A stretch of DNA of 64,000 nucleotides, filler included, from an uncultured Methanosarcinales archaeon (GTDB lineage: Archaea > Nanobdellota > Nanobdellia > Woesearchaeales > CAYXTQ01), in assembly GCA_964608065.1 (NCBI GenBank). It is 4 parts of 4 records of this genome, joined end to end, with 100 filler letters (N's around TTAATTAATTAA, not from the genome) between each part and the next. Parts side by side here need not be neighbours in the genome. Positions count along the whole stretch, not along the records: positions 20,502 to 39,952 come from CAZSMA010000019.1; 3 more parts are not named here. The stretch is one strand, 5' to 3'. Below the pieces are notes generated by a model. It did not search any database, had not been told where the DNA came from, and was given only the letters and a program-made list of their open reading frames with translations. The first letter of the stretch is position 1, and each line of letters opens with the position of its first letter. The position numbers were made by a program, and so were the translations under genes. Of this stretch, positions 29,950 to 39,691 are shown piece by piece.

Positions 29950-31203
29950 GTGGTTATTAAAATGAATAAAAGAGGTTTGTTCTTAATATCAATAATGCTT
30001 TTTAGCTTATTTGCAGCTGGATGTACATATTTTCAACCAATAGATGAATCTCCCGATGAGGAAGGCTTTACTTTTGTACCTATTGAAGAGATTCCTGTAG
30101 AAGGAGAAGAATTTAAAGGAGAGGTAATAACTCTTCCTGAAGAAAAACCTACAGAAGTGGTAACAAAAAAAAGTGGCTCTAGCATAGAAGTTATAGAAGG
30201 CGAACTTGTAAAATTAGCTCTTAAAGCTACTGATGCTGATGGAGATCCTTTAACATATACATTCAGCCCTCCATTGAATGACAAAGGGGAATGGCAGACA
30301 GATGAAGGAGATGCTGGTGAATACAAAGCAACTGTAACTGTCTCAGATGGAAAAGCTCAGACAAGCAAAGAAATTCTGATTATAGTTCAAAGTAAGAATA
30401 GAGCACCTGTAATGGAAACAATAGAAGATATAACTGTTAATGAAGGTGAAACTGTTGCATTTAGTGCAGAAGCAATAGACCCAGATGGAGAGAAAGTAAC
30501 TATTGCATACTCTGGATGGATGACTGTTTCAAGCTATAAAACAACATTTGATGATGCAGGAGAATACACTGTCACAGTCACAGCAAGTGATGGTAAAAAT
30601 GTAGCATCTCAGGATATAAAAGTAACTGTAAAAAATGTCAACAGACCACCAATATTACAAAGCATAAATGACCTGTCTATTAAAGAAGGTGAAAAAGTAA
30701 GTATAAATGCTATAGCAGCAGACCCTGACAAAGACAATGTTGTGGTAACTTACTCAGCACCATTAGATGAAAAAGGTGAATGGCAGACCTCTGATGGAGA
30801 TGGAGGCAAGTTCAGAGCAACTGTTACTGCAAGTGATGGCAGCTTAAAAACAGAAAAATCATTCTTTATAATTGTAGAAAGCCTGAATAAAGCACCTGTT
30901 ATAGAAGATGTTACAATAACAGTAACTCCAAGTGATGGTGTGGTTGTAGATGGATTAAATGTTGTAATGACATTAAATGATGAAGATGATTCAAGGACAA
31001 TCACTTTAGACCCAACCACAACAGATGCTGATGGAGATGATATAACAGTCACATATGAAGGATTCATGACTTCAGCAACAAAAGCAATAACATGGGCTGA
31101 TGGCGGTGAAGGAACAGTCACTATAACAGCAACTGATGGAAAACAAACTGTTTCAAAAACAGTTAACATAGAAATCAACAGAGCACCACAGTTCGAGTTC
31201 TAG
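29950..31203 (+). CDS. Surface lipoprotein-like protein with tandem Ig/cadherin-like domains
   Basis: Lipobox-like FAAGC; repeats of ATDADGDPLTY...VTVSDG...NRAP. Confidence 0.85.
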   Translation: MVIKMNKRGLFLISIMLFSLFAAGCTYFQPIDESPDEEGFTFVPIEEIPVEGEEFKGEVITLPEEKPTEVVTKKSGSSIEVIEGELVKLALKATDADGDPLTYTFSPPLNDKGEWQTDEGDAGEYKATVTVSDGKAQTSKEILIIVQSKNRAPVMETIEDITVNEGETVAFSAEAIDPDGEKVTIAYSGWMTVSSYKTTFDDAGEYTVTVTASDGKNVASQDIKVTVKNVNRPPILQSINDLSIKEGEKVSINAIAADPDKDNVVVTYSAPLDEKGEWQTSDGDGGKFRATVTASDGSLKTEKSFFIIVESLNKAPVIEDVTITVTPSDGVVVDGLNVVMTLNDEDDSRTITLDPTTTDADGDDITVTYEGFMTSATKAITWADGGEGTVTITATDGKQTVSKTVNIEINRAPQFEF

Positions 31204-31250
31204 AGTTTTTTTTTATTTTTTCTTTCTTTCTTAAAACCAAAAAATTTATA

Positions 31251-31275
31251 TATACTCCAGTATACCTTAGTATAC
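31251..31275. promoter_or_regulatory. Putative TA operator (tandem TATACNNNAG)
   Basis: tatactccag-tataccttag-tatac between the TATA box and the GGTGA SD of the antitoxin gene. Confidence 0.5.
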
Positions 31276-31286
31276 GGTGATATAAA

Positions 31287-31526
31287 ATGACTGCTACAAC
31301 CATAAAAATCCATGGAGATACTAAAAATCAATTAGACCTATTTAGAGAATATAAGAATGAAAGCTATGATGAAGTAATTAAGAAAATGGTGTTTATAGCT
31401 AAGAATATAGAAAAAGAACCAGAAATTAGTAAACAAACTATTAAAGCTATTGAAAAAGCCAGAGAGAGGATAAAAAAAGGTAAATTCTTAACTGAAGCAG
31501 AAGCTAAGAATAGATTGGGCTTGTAA
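31287..31526 (+). CDS. Antitoxin (RelB-like)
   Basis: TTIKI...ESYDEVI...FLTEAEAKNRLGL, directly upstream of relE. Confidence 0.8.
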   Translation: MTATTIKIHGDTKNQLDLFREYKNESYDEVIKKMVFIAKNIEKEPEISKQTIKAIEKARERIKKGKFLTEAEAKNRLGL

Positions 31527-31533
31527 TTATAAA

Positions 31534-31788
31534 ATGTATGAAGTAATATTTGATGAAGAAGCAATTGATTTTCTAAACAAACTGCCTAATGACATTAAGA
31601 AGAGAATATTCAGTAAGATAACCTCAACTAAGCAGGATCCATTCCATTATTTTGAGAAACTAACTAAGAAAACAGGTTACAAACTTAGAGTAGGAGATTA
31701 TAGGGTAATAGCTGATATCAATAGGAACAATAAAAAGATTGAAGTAACAGTTATTGGCCATAGAAAGAACATATATAAGAAAATATGA
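31534..31788 (+). CDS. relE: RelE/ParE-family toxin
   Basis: YKLRVGDYRVI...IGHRKNIY. Confidence 0.92.
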   Translation: MYEVIFDEEAIDFLNKLPNDIKKRIFSKITSTKQDPFHYFEKLTKKTGYKLRVGDYRVIADINRNNKKIEVTVIGHRKNIYKKI

Positions 31789-31834
31789 ATTTCTAGATTT
31801 CTGAACAAAACACAGCAAGGAGAAGGGGGAAAGG

Positions 31835-31874
31835 TTTAAAAAGCGTAAAGTAATCTCAACTGTTAAAAGGGGTG
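31835..31874 (+). promoter_or_regulatory. Repeated promoter/leader block A, copy 1
   Basis: tttaaaaagcgtaaagtaatctcaactgttaaaaggggtg; about 37/40 identical to 33260-33298. Confidence 0.8.
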
Positions 31875-31937
31875 GGGAGCCCTAAGATTTCTTAGGGAGT
31901 TAATAATAGCAAATTTAAAGAAATTAAATATTTTAGG

Positions 31938-33200
31938 GTGATTATCATGAAAATTATATCAATTGATGCAAATTGGGTTGGTAGTTCTGAACTAGGAAAA
32001 TCTGTTGGTGTTTGGATTAAAACTGATAAAGGTGAATTTGTTGGTTATGCTCCTGAAGGAACTTCTGCAGGCAAATATGAGGCAAAGCTTGTTCTTGTTA
32101 ATGAAGCAGTAAAGAATATACAAGCTCAAATTCCCCATCTTGTTAAAAGTGATCCTTCTGATTTAAAGTCATTAGATAATTATTTAATTGAGCTTGGAGG
32201 ACATCAGATGCAGCGTTTTGGAGGAAATGCTTCTGTTGCATTAAGCTCTGCATGGGCAAAGATGGCTGCTGCTACTAATGGAAAGACAGTTGTAGAATAC
32301 CTTGCTGAATATCTTGGAACACAACCAAAGCTTCCGCTTCCAGCGTTTAACGTAATTAATGGTGGATTTCATGGAGCTCTTGATAAGGGTGGAAAACCGT
32401 ACAACCCTATTCAGGAGATTATGATAGTTCCTGCAGGTGCAGTGTCGTTTGAACAAGATTATGATAACGTAATAACGTTTTTCAAGGAATTAAGGAAAGT
32501 TTCTGGTGAGACTCTTGTTGGGAAAGAAGGTGGTTTTTCTCCTGCAAAACCATTGGAAGCGTCAATAGACATGGTTGCAGAATCCATAGAGAAAGCAGGT
32601 TTCAGGACAGACGATTTCAGGCTGGCTATTGATGCTGCTGCAAGTGAGTTTTATGATGAAACAACAGGATTATACTTACCTGTAAAGAAAGGTAAAGAGC
32701 TTGATGTTGGTGGAATGATCAGCTTTTACAGCGATCTTATAAAAAAATCACCTGTAAAGATATTTTCACTTGAAGATCCTCTAGCAGAGCATGATTTTGA
32801 CGGATTTGCACAATTGAAAAAAGAATTCAAAGAAAAAAAGTACAATGTTATCCTTATTGGTGATGACCTTTATGTTACTCAAAAAGAAAGAGTTAAAACA
32901 GGAGTTGAAAAAGATTCAACTGATGGAGTTTTAATAAAGATAAACCAAAACGGAACAGTCACAGGAACACTGGATACTATTAGATATGGTTTAGATCAAG
33001 GACTACTTCACATGATTTCTCACAGAAGCAAAAGAGTTCCAGGTGATTTAATAAATGCATATCTTGCAGTCGCAGTAGGCCAGATGATTAAGCACGGATC
33101 TTCACGTGGAGAACGTGTTGAGATGTATAATGAACTTTTAAAGTTGGAAAGAGATGCAGAAGGAAAATTGCCTTATGCTAGTAAGGATTTAATAAAATAA
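31938..33200 (+). CDS. eno: Enolase (divergent)
   Basis: LPLPAFNVINGG.H, QE, GKEGGF, IDAAASEFY, SLEDP, GDDL, LIKINQNG, ISHRS and RGERVEMYNELL motifs. Confidence 0.85.
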   Translation: MIIMKIISIDANWVGSSELGKSVGVWIKTDKGEFVGYAPEGTSAGKYEAKLVLVNEAVKNIQAQIPHLVKSDPSDLKSLDNYLIELGGHQMQRFGGNASVALSSAWAKMAAATNGKTVVEYLAEYLGTQPKLPLPAFNVINGGFHGALDKGGKPYNPIQEIMIVPAGAVSFEQDYDNVITFFKELRKVSGETLVGKEGGFSPAKPLEASIDMVAESIEKAGFRTDDFRLAIDAAASEFYDETTGLYLPVKKGKELDVGGMISFYSDLIKKSPVKIFSLEDPLAEHDFDGFAQLKKEFKEKKYNVILIGDDLYVTQKERVKTGVEKDSTDGVLIKINQNGTVTGTLDTIRYGLDQGLLHMISHRSKRVPGDLINAYLAVAVGQMIKHGSSRGERVEMYNELLKLERDAEGKLPYASKDLIK

Positions 33201-33298
33201 TTTTTTCTTTTTTAAAACCGAAAAAAATAAAATATAGAATTGTTGGTTTATAGGTTAAATTTAAAAAGCGTAAAGTATTCTCAACTATAAAAGGGGTG
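33201..33298 (+). repeat. Block B (33201-33254, repeated at 34071-34120) followed by block A, copy 2 (33260-33298)
   Basis: ttttttcttt.ttaaaaccgaaaaa...attgttggtttatagg occurs after both eno and the caspase-like gene. Confidence 0.8.
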
Positions 33299-33330
33299 AA
33301 TAATCACTCCAGTTAATTCTTGGAGTTAAA

Positions 33331-34068
33331 ATGGGCAAACTTAAAAACGGTTCTATAAAAAATCTTGGACGTTTGCCTAATAATATCCCTAATAACAACG
33401 ACATTATAAAAGAAGCAATTTTACTTCAAGGAGAAGATTTTCATTCTGCACTAGGACTTCCTGTAGGTAATATTGAGTTAATGACAGCATTACTAAGACA
33501 GGAAGGGTATAAAACAACAGGCATCAACTGGTACAATCTAGATGTAGATAGTTTTAAAAAAGCAATAGACAAGCGAATAGAAACAATAAAAAAAGTAGAT
33601 AACCCAAGAACTTTGATATATTATTCTGGACATGGAAATATACCTAAAAAAGAAAAACAAGGATTATTAATCAATAAGGGTTTTGATGTGCTTGAACCAC
33701 GACAATTCTACCAAATGATAAATAAGATTACAGGAAAAAAAGCAATATTATTGGATTGTTGCTATGCAGGCTATTTTACAGATTTTATTAAAGAAAATAA
33801 TAATGAACTATCTGACTATGTTGTAATTGCTGCATGTCCAGATGGTAAAATCACAGGAAATGCTCAGCGCGGACATAATGGCTGGATTGGAAACTTTACA
33901 TTCGGTTTTTTTCAGATGCTGGATGAAAATAAAGGTAATCAGATAGATCTTTCTACTGTAGATATCAAATCAGGCACTAAACTTGATAGAATTGTTCATA
34001 GTCTATTATTAAAAAAGAATATTAGCTATGAGGTTGAAAGAATATCAGATACACCTTATCTGCTTTAG
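33331..34068 (+). CDS. Caspase-like (peptidase C14) protease
   Basis: His-Cys dyad motifs LIYYSGHG and LLDCCYAG, plus VIAAC and GNFT. Confidence 0.85.
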   Translation: MGKLKNGSIKNLGRLPNNIPNNNDIIKEAILLQGEDFHSALGLPVGNIELMTALLRQEGYKTTGINWYNLDVDSFKKAIDKRIETIKKVDNPRTLIYYSGHGNIPKKEKQGLLINKGFDVLEPRQFYQMINKITGKKAILLDCCYAGYFTDFIKENNNELSDYVVIAACPDGKITGNAQRGHNGWIGNFTFGFFQMLDENKGNQIDLSTVDIKSGTKLDRIVHSLLLKKNISYEVERISDTPYLL

Positions 34069-34214
34069 TTTTTTTTCTTTCTTAAAACCGAAAAATTAAA
34101 TAGTATTGTTGGTTTATAGGGTGGATTGGGAACTTATTAATTCAATAAAAATATTCTCATAGGAATATTTCTTTCAAAAAGGTTTTTAAACATCAAATAT
34201 TTATATAAAAAAAA

Positions 34215-34327
34215 AAAGAGGTGATAGATGAGAGCTATCCCTCTTGTCTATCATTCTCTTTGATGACTAAAAAGTTATTCAACAAAAATTAAAGAAGCAA
34301 GAGGCAACATCCAAGATGTTGTCCTCT
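34215..34327. other. Two intergenic stem-loops
   Basis: aagagg-tgataga..tctatca-ttctctt and gaggcaacatc/caa/gatgttgtcctc. Confidence 0.45.
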
Positions 34328-34459
34328 CACTCCGCAATTTAACAGAAAACATGAACTAATACCTACCTCTTTTATTACAGGGGTTAGAAAGTAAAATAAC
34401 TATATAAAATTTGCGATTTGAAAAAACTGCTTCTTATTTTGTTGAGGAGGTGATTTTAG

Positions 34460-34873
34460 ATGAAAATAAAGTATATAATAATAACATTGATACTGATAGT
34501 AACGATAGGATGTGTTACCTCACCAACAGGAGAAGTGACATCATGCCCTGGGGTAGAATGTAGACTAACAATGGTAGATGCAACATTTGACTCAAAAGTA
34601 ACTGATGACAATGGTAAGGGGTGCTTGACTGACTGTAATGCGGACGTTTATGTAAAAAATTTAGAACAACAACCTACAAAAGTAAAAGTAATGGCGGATT
34701 GTTATACAGTAAATAAAAGGAACAGGTATTCATCAGAAACATACTGGATGCAACCAGGGGAAGAACACACATTTAAAATCAAAGTTGATGCAGGAATGAC
34801 AGAAGACTGGAAATGTGAAAACTTTGGAATATTCAGTGAAAAAATATATGGATGTGAGTTAGTAGGAAACTAA
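34460..34873 (+). CDS. Secreted/lipoprotein-like Cys-rich Ig-like protein
   Basis: GAGGAGGTGA SD, TIGC lipobox-like signal, 8 Cys. Confidence 0.75.
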   Translation: MKIKYIIITLILIVTIGCVTSPTGEVTSCPGVECRLTMVDATFDSKVTDDNGKGCLTDCNADVYVKNLEQQPTKVKVMADCYTVNKRNRYSSETYWMQPGEEHTFKIKVDAGMTEDWKCENFGIFSEKIYGCELVGN

Positions 34874-35017
34874 ACAAAACTTGTTTTTGCTCGGATTTTC
34901 CGAGCTTTTTTTTTTTAACCACACCCACTTCTTAAACCATAGCACAGATACTGAGGAATAAAATTCCCGGTACCACCTCAGTGGTGGTAGGGTTGGATTG
35001 TGGTGAACAAGAAGAAT

Positions 35018-37672
35018 TCACTTAAGACTTTCTTCAATTATTTTCTTTTCTTTTTCTGTTAATCCATATAAGTTGTAGACTAATTCATCAATTTCTTTAT
35101 CAGTTTTATCTATTTCTTCTCTTAGTTTTGATGTTTCAGAAGTATTTTTATCACCAAGTTCGTTTAGTTTTTTGTTTAATCCGATTATTCTATTAATAAG
35201 GGTTAACATTTTTTCTTGAATTTTGATATCTATATTATTTGGGATAGGTAGTTTGGATACATAATAATTATCTAAATCCATTGTTCTTATAGCATTTGCA
35301 AAAATGTATCTATATGCAAACCAAGATGCCAATTTTGAATTAAATATTGCAAGAATAGTTTCCAAATAATATTTTTTATCAGTAACGATTGTATTTTCTA
35401 TAGTATCTAATGTCAAAATTCCTTCTTTATCTAACATAGACATGATAATGATGTGGTCTTTTGGTTTTGTTACATGTGCAACAATTCTTTGAGATAATAT
35501 TTTGGGTTGCATCAAAAATTGTATTTTTTTATTTTTCTTATTTATTTCATTTAAGTATTCATCAGATGCGCATAAGTAATATCTAGAAATATGGTTACCT
35601 CTAAATATTTTATTCCGTGATTTAGCCTTTGATATAAATTTTTGGAAAGGCAGCCCTCTTGAAGTTTTAGATATCACACCCATATTTATACACTTAGAAG
35701 TAATTTTTTCAAATAAGTTGAATTCTTTACTTTCAGGATGAACAATAATTGTATCTGTTTTGTTAATATATATTTTATCAACCTCAATTTTGTTTGTGTA
35801 ATCAATAGTTTCAATAATATATTTTTTTTTATTTGAGCCTTTTTTAAGAATAAATACTACCTGTTCGAGAAGAACATCTTCGAACGCCTTACTAACATCA
35901 ACTATTTTCATTAAGTCTTTAGAAACTAAATCTCTACACGGTTTCCAAGCTTGACTATAGGCTAACGATTTTGGGACAATTAAACTTAACAAACCCCCTT
36001 TTTTCAATAAATTTATACTTTTTTCAATAAAAATAAGAGCTGTATTTTTGTAGGATTTAGCTGTTTCATAATTTAAACTAATAAATTTTCTCTCATCTTC
36101 ATTTAATTCAGCTCCATACGGGGGGTTCCCTATAATAACATCAAAACTACCTTCTTTAAAATCATCAACCCATTTAAAAGCATTTAATCCAGCAATAGTT
36201 TCATCCTCAATTAAAGAATTCCCAGGCCTTATATGCTCATCAATCTCATCAGGTAATCTTCTTTCTTTTTCAGCTGCTTTTAATAACAAATTTAATTTAG
36301 TTATCTCTACAGCTTTGTTGTCTAAATCAACACCATAAATATTATTTTTTAATATTTCTGTTTTTATTGAGTAGCTACCTTGCTTATCAATTCTATATTG
36401 TTTTGCATCTTCTTTTAAGGAAAGTGCGTTGTCCATGTAATCAAATGCTTTGATTAAAAAACTTCCAGAACCACAAGCAGGATCTAAAATCTTTATTTTG
36501 TTAATATCAACTTTTTTATCTTTTAGTAATTCTCCAACAGTATTTTTAACAATGTAATCAACTATATAAGTTGGTGTATAATAAATTCCTTGTTCTTTTC
36601 TATGCACTTGTCCATTTTTCAGTTTAGCTTTTCCAGATTTTGTTTGTGCTAATATTTTTCCTAAATATTGTTCATACACCTGTCCTAGAACATCAGCATC
36701 TATCCAGTCAAAATTATAAATATATTCCTTATCCTTAGATTCATATAGATAGTACGCTAATTTCTTTATTATTGCTCCGTTTATATCTATTTTATCGCAA
36801 TCATTATCTTTTGCGATTGCAAATAACCCACTATTATAAGTATCATTATATTTCTTAAAAATATCTTTCAGCTTAGGATATGCTTTGTTGTCAGGAAGGC
36901 GTCTTATTTCCTCTAAACTTATATTGTCTGGGTTAATCCCTATATCCTCACATCTTCTGATGAATATTAATCTATCAATAATCCTTTGTATTATCTCATC
37001 CTTCTCATTTATTTCATATTTTTCAGAGTATGTTTTTTCAATATCATTTGCAATTAGACTTCTTATATGCATTAAGTCATCAAGCAAAGTTTTATCAATA
37101 GAAACTCTCTTTTTTAACCTTCCTTCATCTTCTGCTATTTTTAATATCTGGTTTTTTTCAAAACTTTCTTTAGACAATAGCCATAAGTCTTCAAAACGAT
37201 TAATATAATCATCTGGATTATCCAAAACCCTTAATTTCTTCTTTATAATATCTTGCCCTTCAACACAAAATATCTTTAATCTTTCGAAATTTGTTGAGAC
37301 TGCGAAAGGTATTCTTTTAGATAAGGCATAAGAGATAACTTGTTTATCAGCTTCTTTGTCTAAATGTATTCCAACCTTTTTAACTTCTAAAAAGAAGACT
37401 ATCTTATCGTTAATATGAAAAGCATAATCTGCATGACCCTTTTTTTCTCCACGCATAGCTTTTGCTCTTTTAATGAAATCATTTTTAGTCCAACCAAGAA
37501 CACCTATGAATAATTCTTCAATTAATTTTGTCTCTACATCAGCTTCTGATAAATTTTTATAATTTTCATAGTTAGATTTGAAAGTATTAACTAATTCTTT
37601 TATCTTCTTTTTAGCTTCTTCTTTCGTAACCATAAATAAACCCAATTTTAACAAATATTTAAACCTTTCCAC
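35018..37672 (-). CDS. Type IIG single-chain restriction-modification enzyme
   Basis: N-terminal ADY...LEVKK...QVISYA nuclease, GIYYTP, ILDPACGSGSFL, IGNPPY, and C-terminal IDELVYNLYGLTEKE; probable start at MVTKEE. Confidence 0.92.
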   Translation of the reverse strand: MERFKYLLKLGLFMVTKEEAKKKIKELVNTFKSNYENYKNLSEADVETKLIEELFIGVLGWTKNDFIKRAKAMRGEKKGHADYAFHINDKIVFFLEVKKVGIHLDKEADKQVISYALSKRIPFAVSTNFERLKIFCVEGQDIIKKKLRVLDNPDDYINRFEDLWLLSKESFEKNQILKIAEDEGRLKKRVSIDKTLLDDLMHIRSLIANDIEKTYSEKYEINEKDEIIQRIIDRLIFIRRCEDIGINPDNISLEEIRRLPDNKAYPKLKDIFKKYNDTYNSGLFAIAKDNDCDKIDINGAIIKKLAYYLYESKDKEYIYNFDWIDADVLGQVYEQYLGKILAQTKSGKAKLKNGQVHRKEQGIYYTPTYIVDYIVKNTVGELLKDKKVDINKIKILDPACGSGSFLIKAFDYMDNALSLKEDAKQYRIDKQGSYSIKTEILKNNIYGVDLDNKAVEITKLNLLLKAAEKERRLPDEIDEHIRPGNSLIEDETIAGLNAFKWVDDFKEGSFDVIIGNPPYGAELNEDERKFISLNYETAKSYKNTALIFIEKSINLLKKGGLLSLIVPKSLAYSQAWKPCRDLVSKDLMKIVDVSKAFEDVLLEQVVFILKKGSNKKKYIIETIDYTNKIEVDKIYINKTDTIIVHPESKEFNLFEKITSKCINMGVISKTSRGLPFQKFISKAKSRNKIFRGNHISRYYLCASDEYLNEINKKNKKIQFLMQPKILSQRIVAHVTKPKDHIIIMSMLDKEGILTLDTIENTIVTDKKYYLETILAIFNSKLASWFAYRYIFANAIRTMDLDNYYVSKLPIPNNIDIKIQEKMLTLINRIIGLNKKLNELGDKNTSETSKLREEIDKTDKEIDELVYNLYGLTEKEKKIIEESLK

Positions 37673-37790
37673 TAAAACCCCCCAACAACATTGGGTGAAA
37701 ACCGTGTTTGAAGTCCCTGAGGCAAAGCCGAACTGGATACAAAAAATTCCGAAGGGATTTTTAAGTACCTGAGTTGTTGTTGGGGTTTTA
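37673..37790. repeat. Inverted-repeat element enclosing tandem-hairpin modules
   Basis: taaaaccccccaacaaca...tgttgttggggtttta, with internal ggc/aaa/gcc and ggatac-aaaaaattcc/gaa/gggattttt. Confidence 0.7.
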
Positions 37791-37827
37791 AAAACATTTA
37801 TATTATAATTAAAACTTCTATCTAATT

Positions 37828-38484
37828 ATGCCATACACCCTATCCCCATCATCCTTAAACTTACTAAAAGACTGTCCTAGATGTTTCTGGCTTCATCATA
37901 ATAAAAACATAAAGCTGCCAAGAGGAATATTTCCATCTTTACCTTCTGGAATGGATAAAATACTAAAAGAACATTTTGATAAATATATGGAAAAAAACAA
38001 ACTACCACCAGAACTTAAACTAAAAGATGTAAAACTATTTAACAACAAACAACTATTAAAAATATGGAGAAGCAACTTTAAAGGAATACAATACAAAGAA
38101 AACGATAATACATTAAGAGGGGCAGTTGATAATATACTTGTAAAAAAAAAGAAACTTATAGTTTTAGACTATAAAACAAGAGGCTTTCCTTTAAAAGAAG
38201 ACACACATAAACATTACCAGAATCAGTTAGATATATACAATTACCTATTAAGAAAAAACAATTATGAAACAGAAGACTATGCTTATCTTATATTCTATCA
38301 TCCAAAAGAAGTCAACAAAAAAGGAAATGTAGTTTTCAACACAGATTTAGTAAAGATGGATATTAATGTTAAAAATGCAGAAAATATCTGGAAAAAAGCA
38401 ATAAAAGTTCTAGAAGGACCTATTCCAGAACCAGGTGAAGAGTGTGAGTTTTGTAATTGGATTGAGAAGTGTGAAGGGTTGTGA
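37828..38484 (+). CDS. PD-(D/E)xK nuclease, Cas4/RecB-like, stand-alone
   Basis: LSPSSL..CPRCFW, GAVD, VLDYKT, QLDIY and CEFC motifs. Confidence 0.88.
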   Translation: MPYTLSPSSLNLLKDCPRCFWLHHNKNIKLPRGIFPSLPSGMDKILKEHFDKYMEKNKLPPELKLKDVKLFNNKQLLKIWRSNFKGIQYKENDNTLRGAVDNILVKKKKLIVLDYKTRGFPLKEDTHKHYQNQLDIYNYLLRKNNYETEDYAYLIFYHPKEVNKKGNVVFNTDLVKMDINVKNAENIWKKAIKVLEGPIPEPGEECEFCNWIEKCEGL

Positions 38485-38488
38485 TTTA

Positions 38489-39691
38489 TTAGACTTTTAT
38501 TTTACGTATTTCCTCCTTTATTTCTTTAATATATATATCTTCAATTTTTTCTTGTGAATAAAAAAGTACTTTAGGCCATTTTTTTCTTAATTTGGAATAG
38601 TTTTCACTAATTGTAATCTTTCCTATGCTGTAAAATTTATCTTGATCCCCCTCACTTTCCATACTTGCTTTCCATACATCCTCTTTGAGCGCTTCTTTAT
38701 ATTTTTCTATGGTATTGTTTAGTTTTTTTCTTATCTCTTCTCTTTCTTCATTTGTTAATTTAGTTTTAGGTAAAAAAGGACTCAAATGATTCATTAAGGA
38801 TAATATAGTATCTGACCTTGCTTCAAATGAACTTTTAACTGTGCTAATCATCAAGCTTAGAACATTAGTATATTTAATCAGATTATCGTGAAGATTATAC
38901 ATCAAACTGCTAAGTTCGTAATTGTTTTTATTCCATTCATCACGATTTTTATAGTGCTCTTTATCAGAATAATTATTCCTGTCACATAGGGTTGACATTG
39001 TCAGTTCAATATATTTATGGAAACGACCATCTATATTCTCGAAGTCACTTTTAAGTTCTTTTAGATAAAATAACCCTTCTTCTAGGGTATTTAAATTATT
39101 ATTACGAAGCTTTTCTATCAAAGTTTCAGTAATTTTGTATTCATTTTTGTATTGCTTCTTACTCTTTAAAATACTGTGTAATGCAACTATGTTCAATTGT
39201 GAAAAAAACTCAGAAATATATTTTGGATCTCTATCATCTTTCGTTGGCTGAATCTGTCTACGAATAGCATGAAATAGCTCATGAGTTAGTGCATCCAAAA
39301 CCTTTTGATAATCCTCAATGATCTTTTTATTAATTTTTACTGTATTTGTATCATTTATATAAATTCCATCCGTGTCTTTCTCTATTTTTTTTCTTAATAA
39401 TGCGTCATATTTTTTATCATCTTCTCCAAACTCCTTTTTGTGCTCAGTATCAAATCTCTGTTGATTACCTGGAATCTCTAAATCGCCATATTTTTCTTCG
39501 AATTTGTACTCAAAAATGCTTTTCCTGGCTTTTAAAATCTCTACGAATTTTTCTTCATCATCTGAGAATGGTTCTACAATTCCAATTTCAGGAAAAACAA
39601 TTTCCTTACCCTTCTTAATCCTTCTAATAATTTGATCAAAGAAAAATCTACCAAAAGTTTCTAATTCTTTTAACTTATTATCAATTGACAT
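38489..39691 (-). CDS. Hypothetical protein with HExxH zincin motif
   Basis: DGIY...LTHELFHAIR...ISEFFSQL. Confidence 0.65.
   Translation of the reverse strand: MSIDNKLKELETFGRFFFDQIIRRIKKGKEIVFPEIGIVEPFSDDEEKFVEILKARKSIFEYKFEEKYGDLEIPGNQQRFDTEHKKEFGEDDKKYDALLRKKIEKDTDGIYINDTNTVKINKKIIEDYQKVLDALTHELFHAIRRQIQPTKDDRDPKYISEFFSQLNIVALHSILKSKKQYKNEYKITETLIEKLRNNNLNTLEEGLFYLKELKSDFENIDGRFHKYIELTMSTLCDRNNYSDKEHYKNRDEWNKNNYELSSLMYNLHDNLIKYTNVLSLMISTVKSSFEARSDTILSLMNHLSPFLPKTKLTNEEREEIRKKLNNTIEKYKEALKEDVWKASMESEGDQDKFYSIGKITISENYSKLRKKWPKVLFYSQEKIEDIYIKEIKEEIRKIKV

Noticed and set aside
37828..38484. Cas4-like gene as evidence of CRISPR-Cas
   Set aside because: No repeat-spacer array or other cas gene in the window; stand-alone Cas4-like nucleases are common in archaea.
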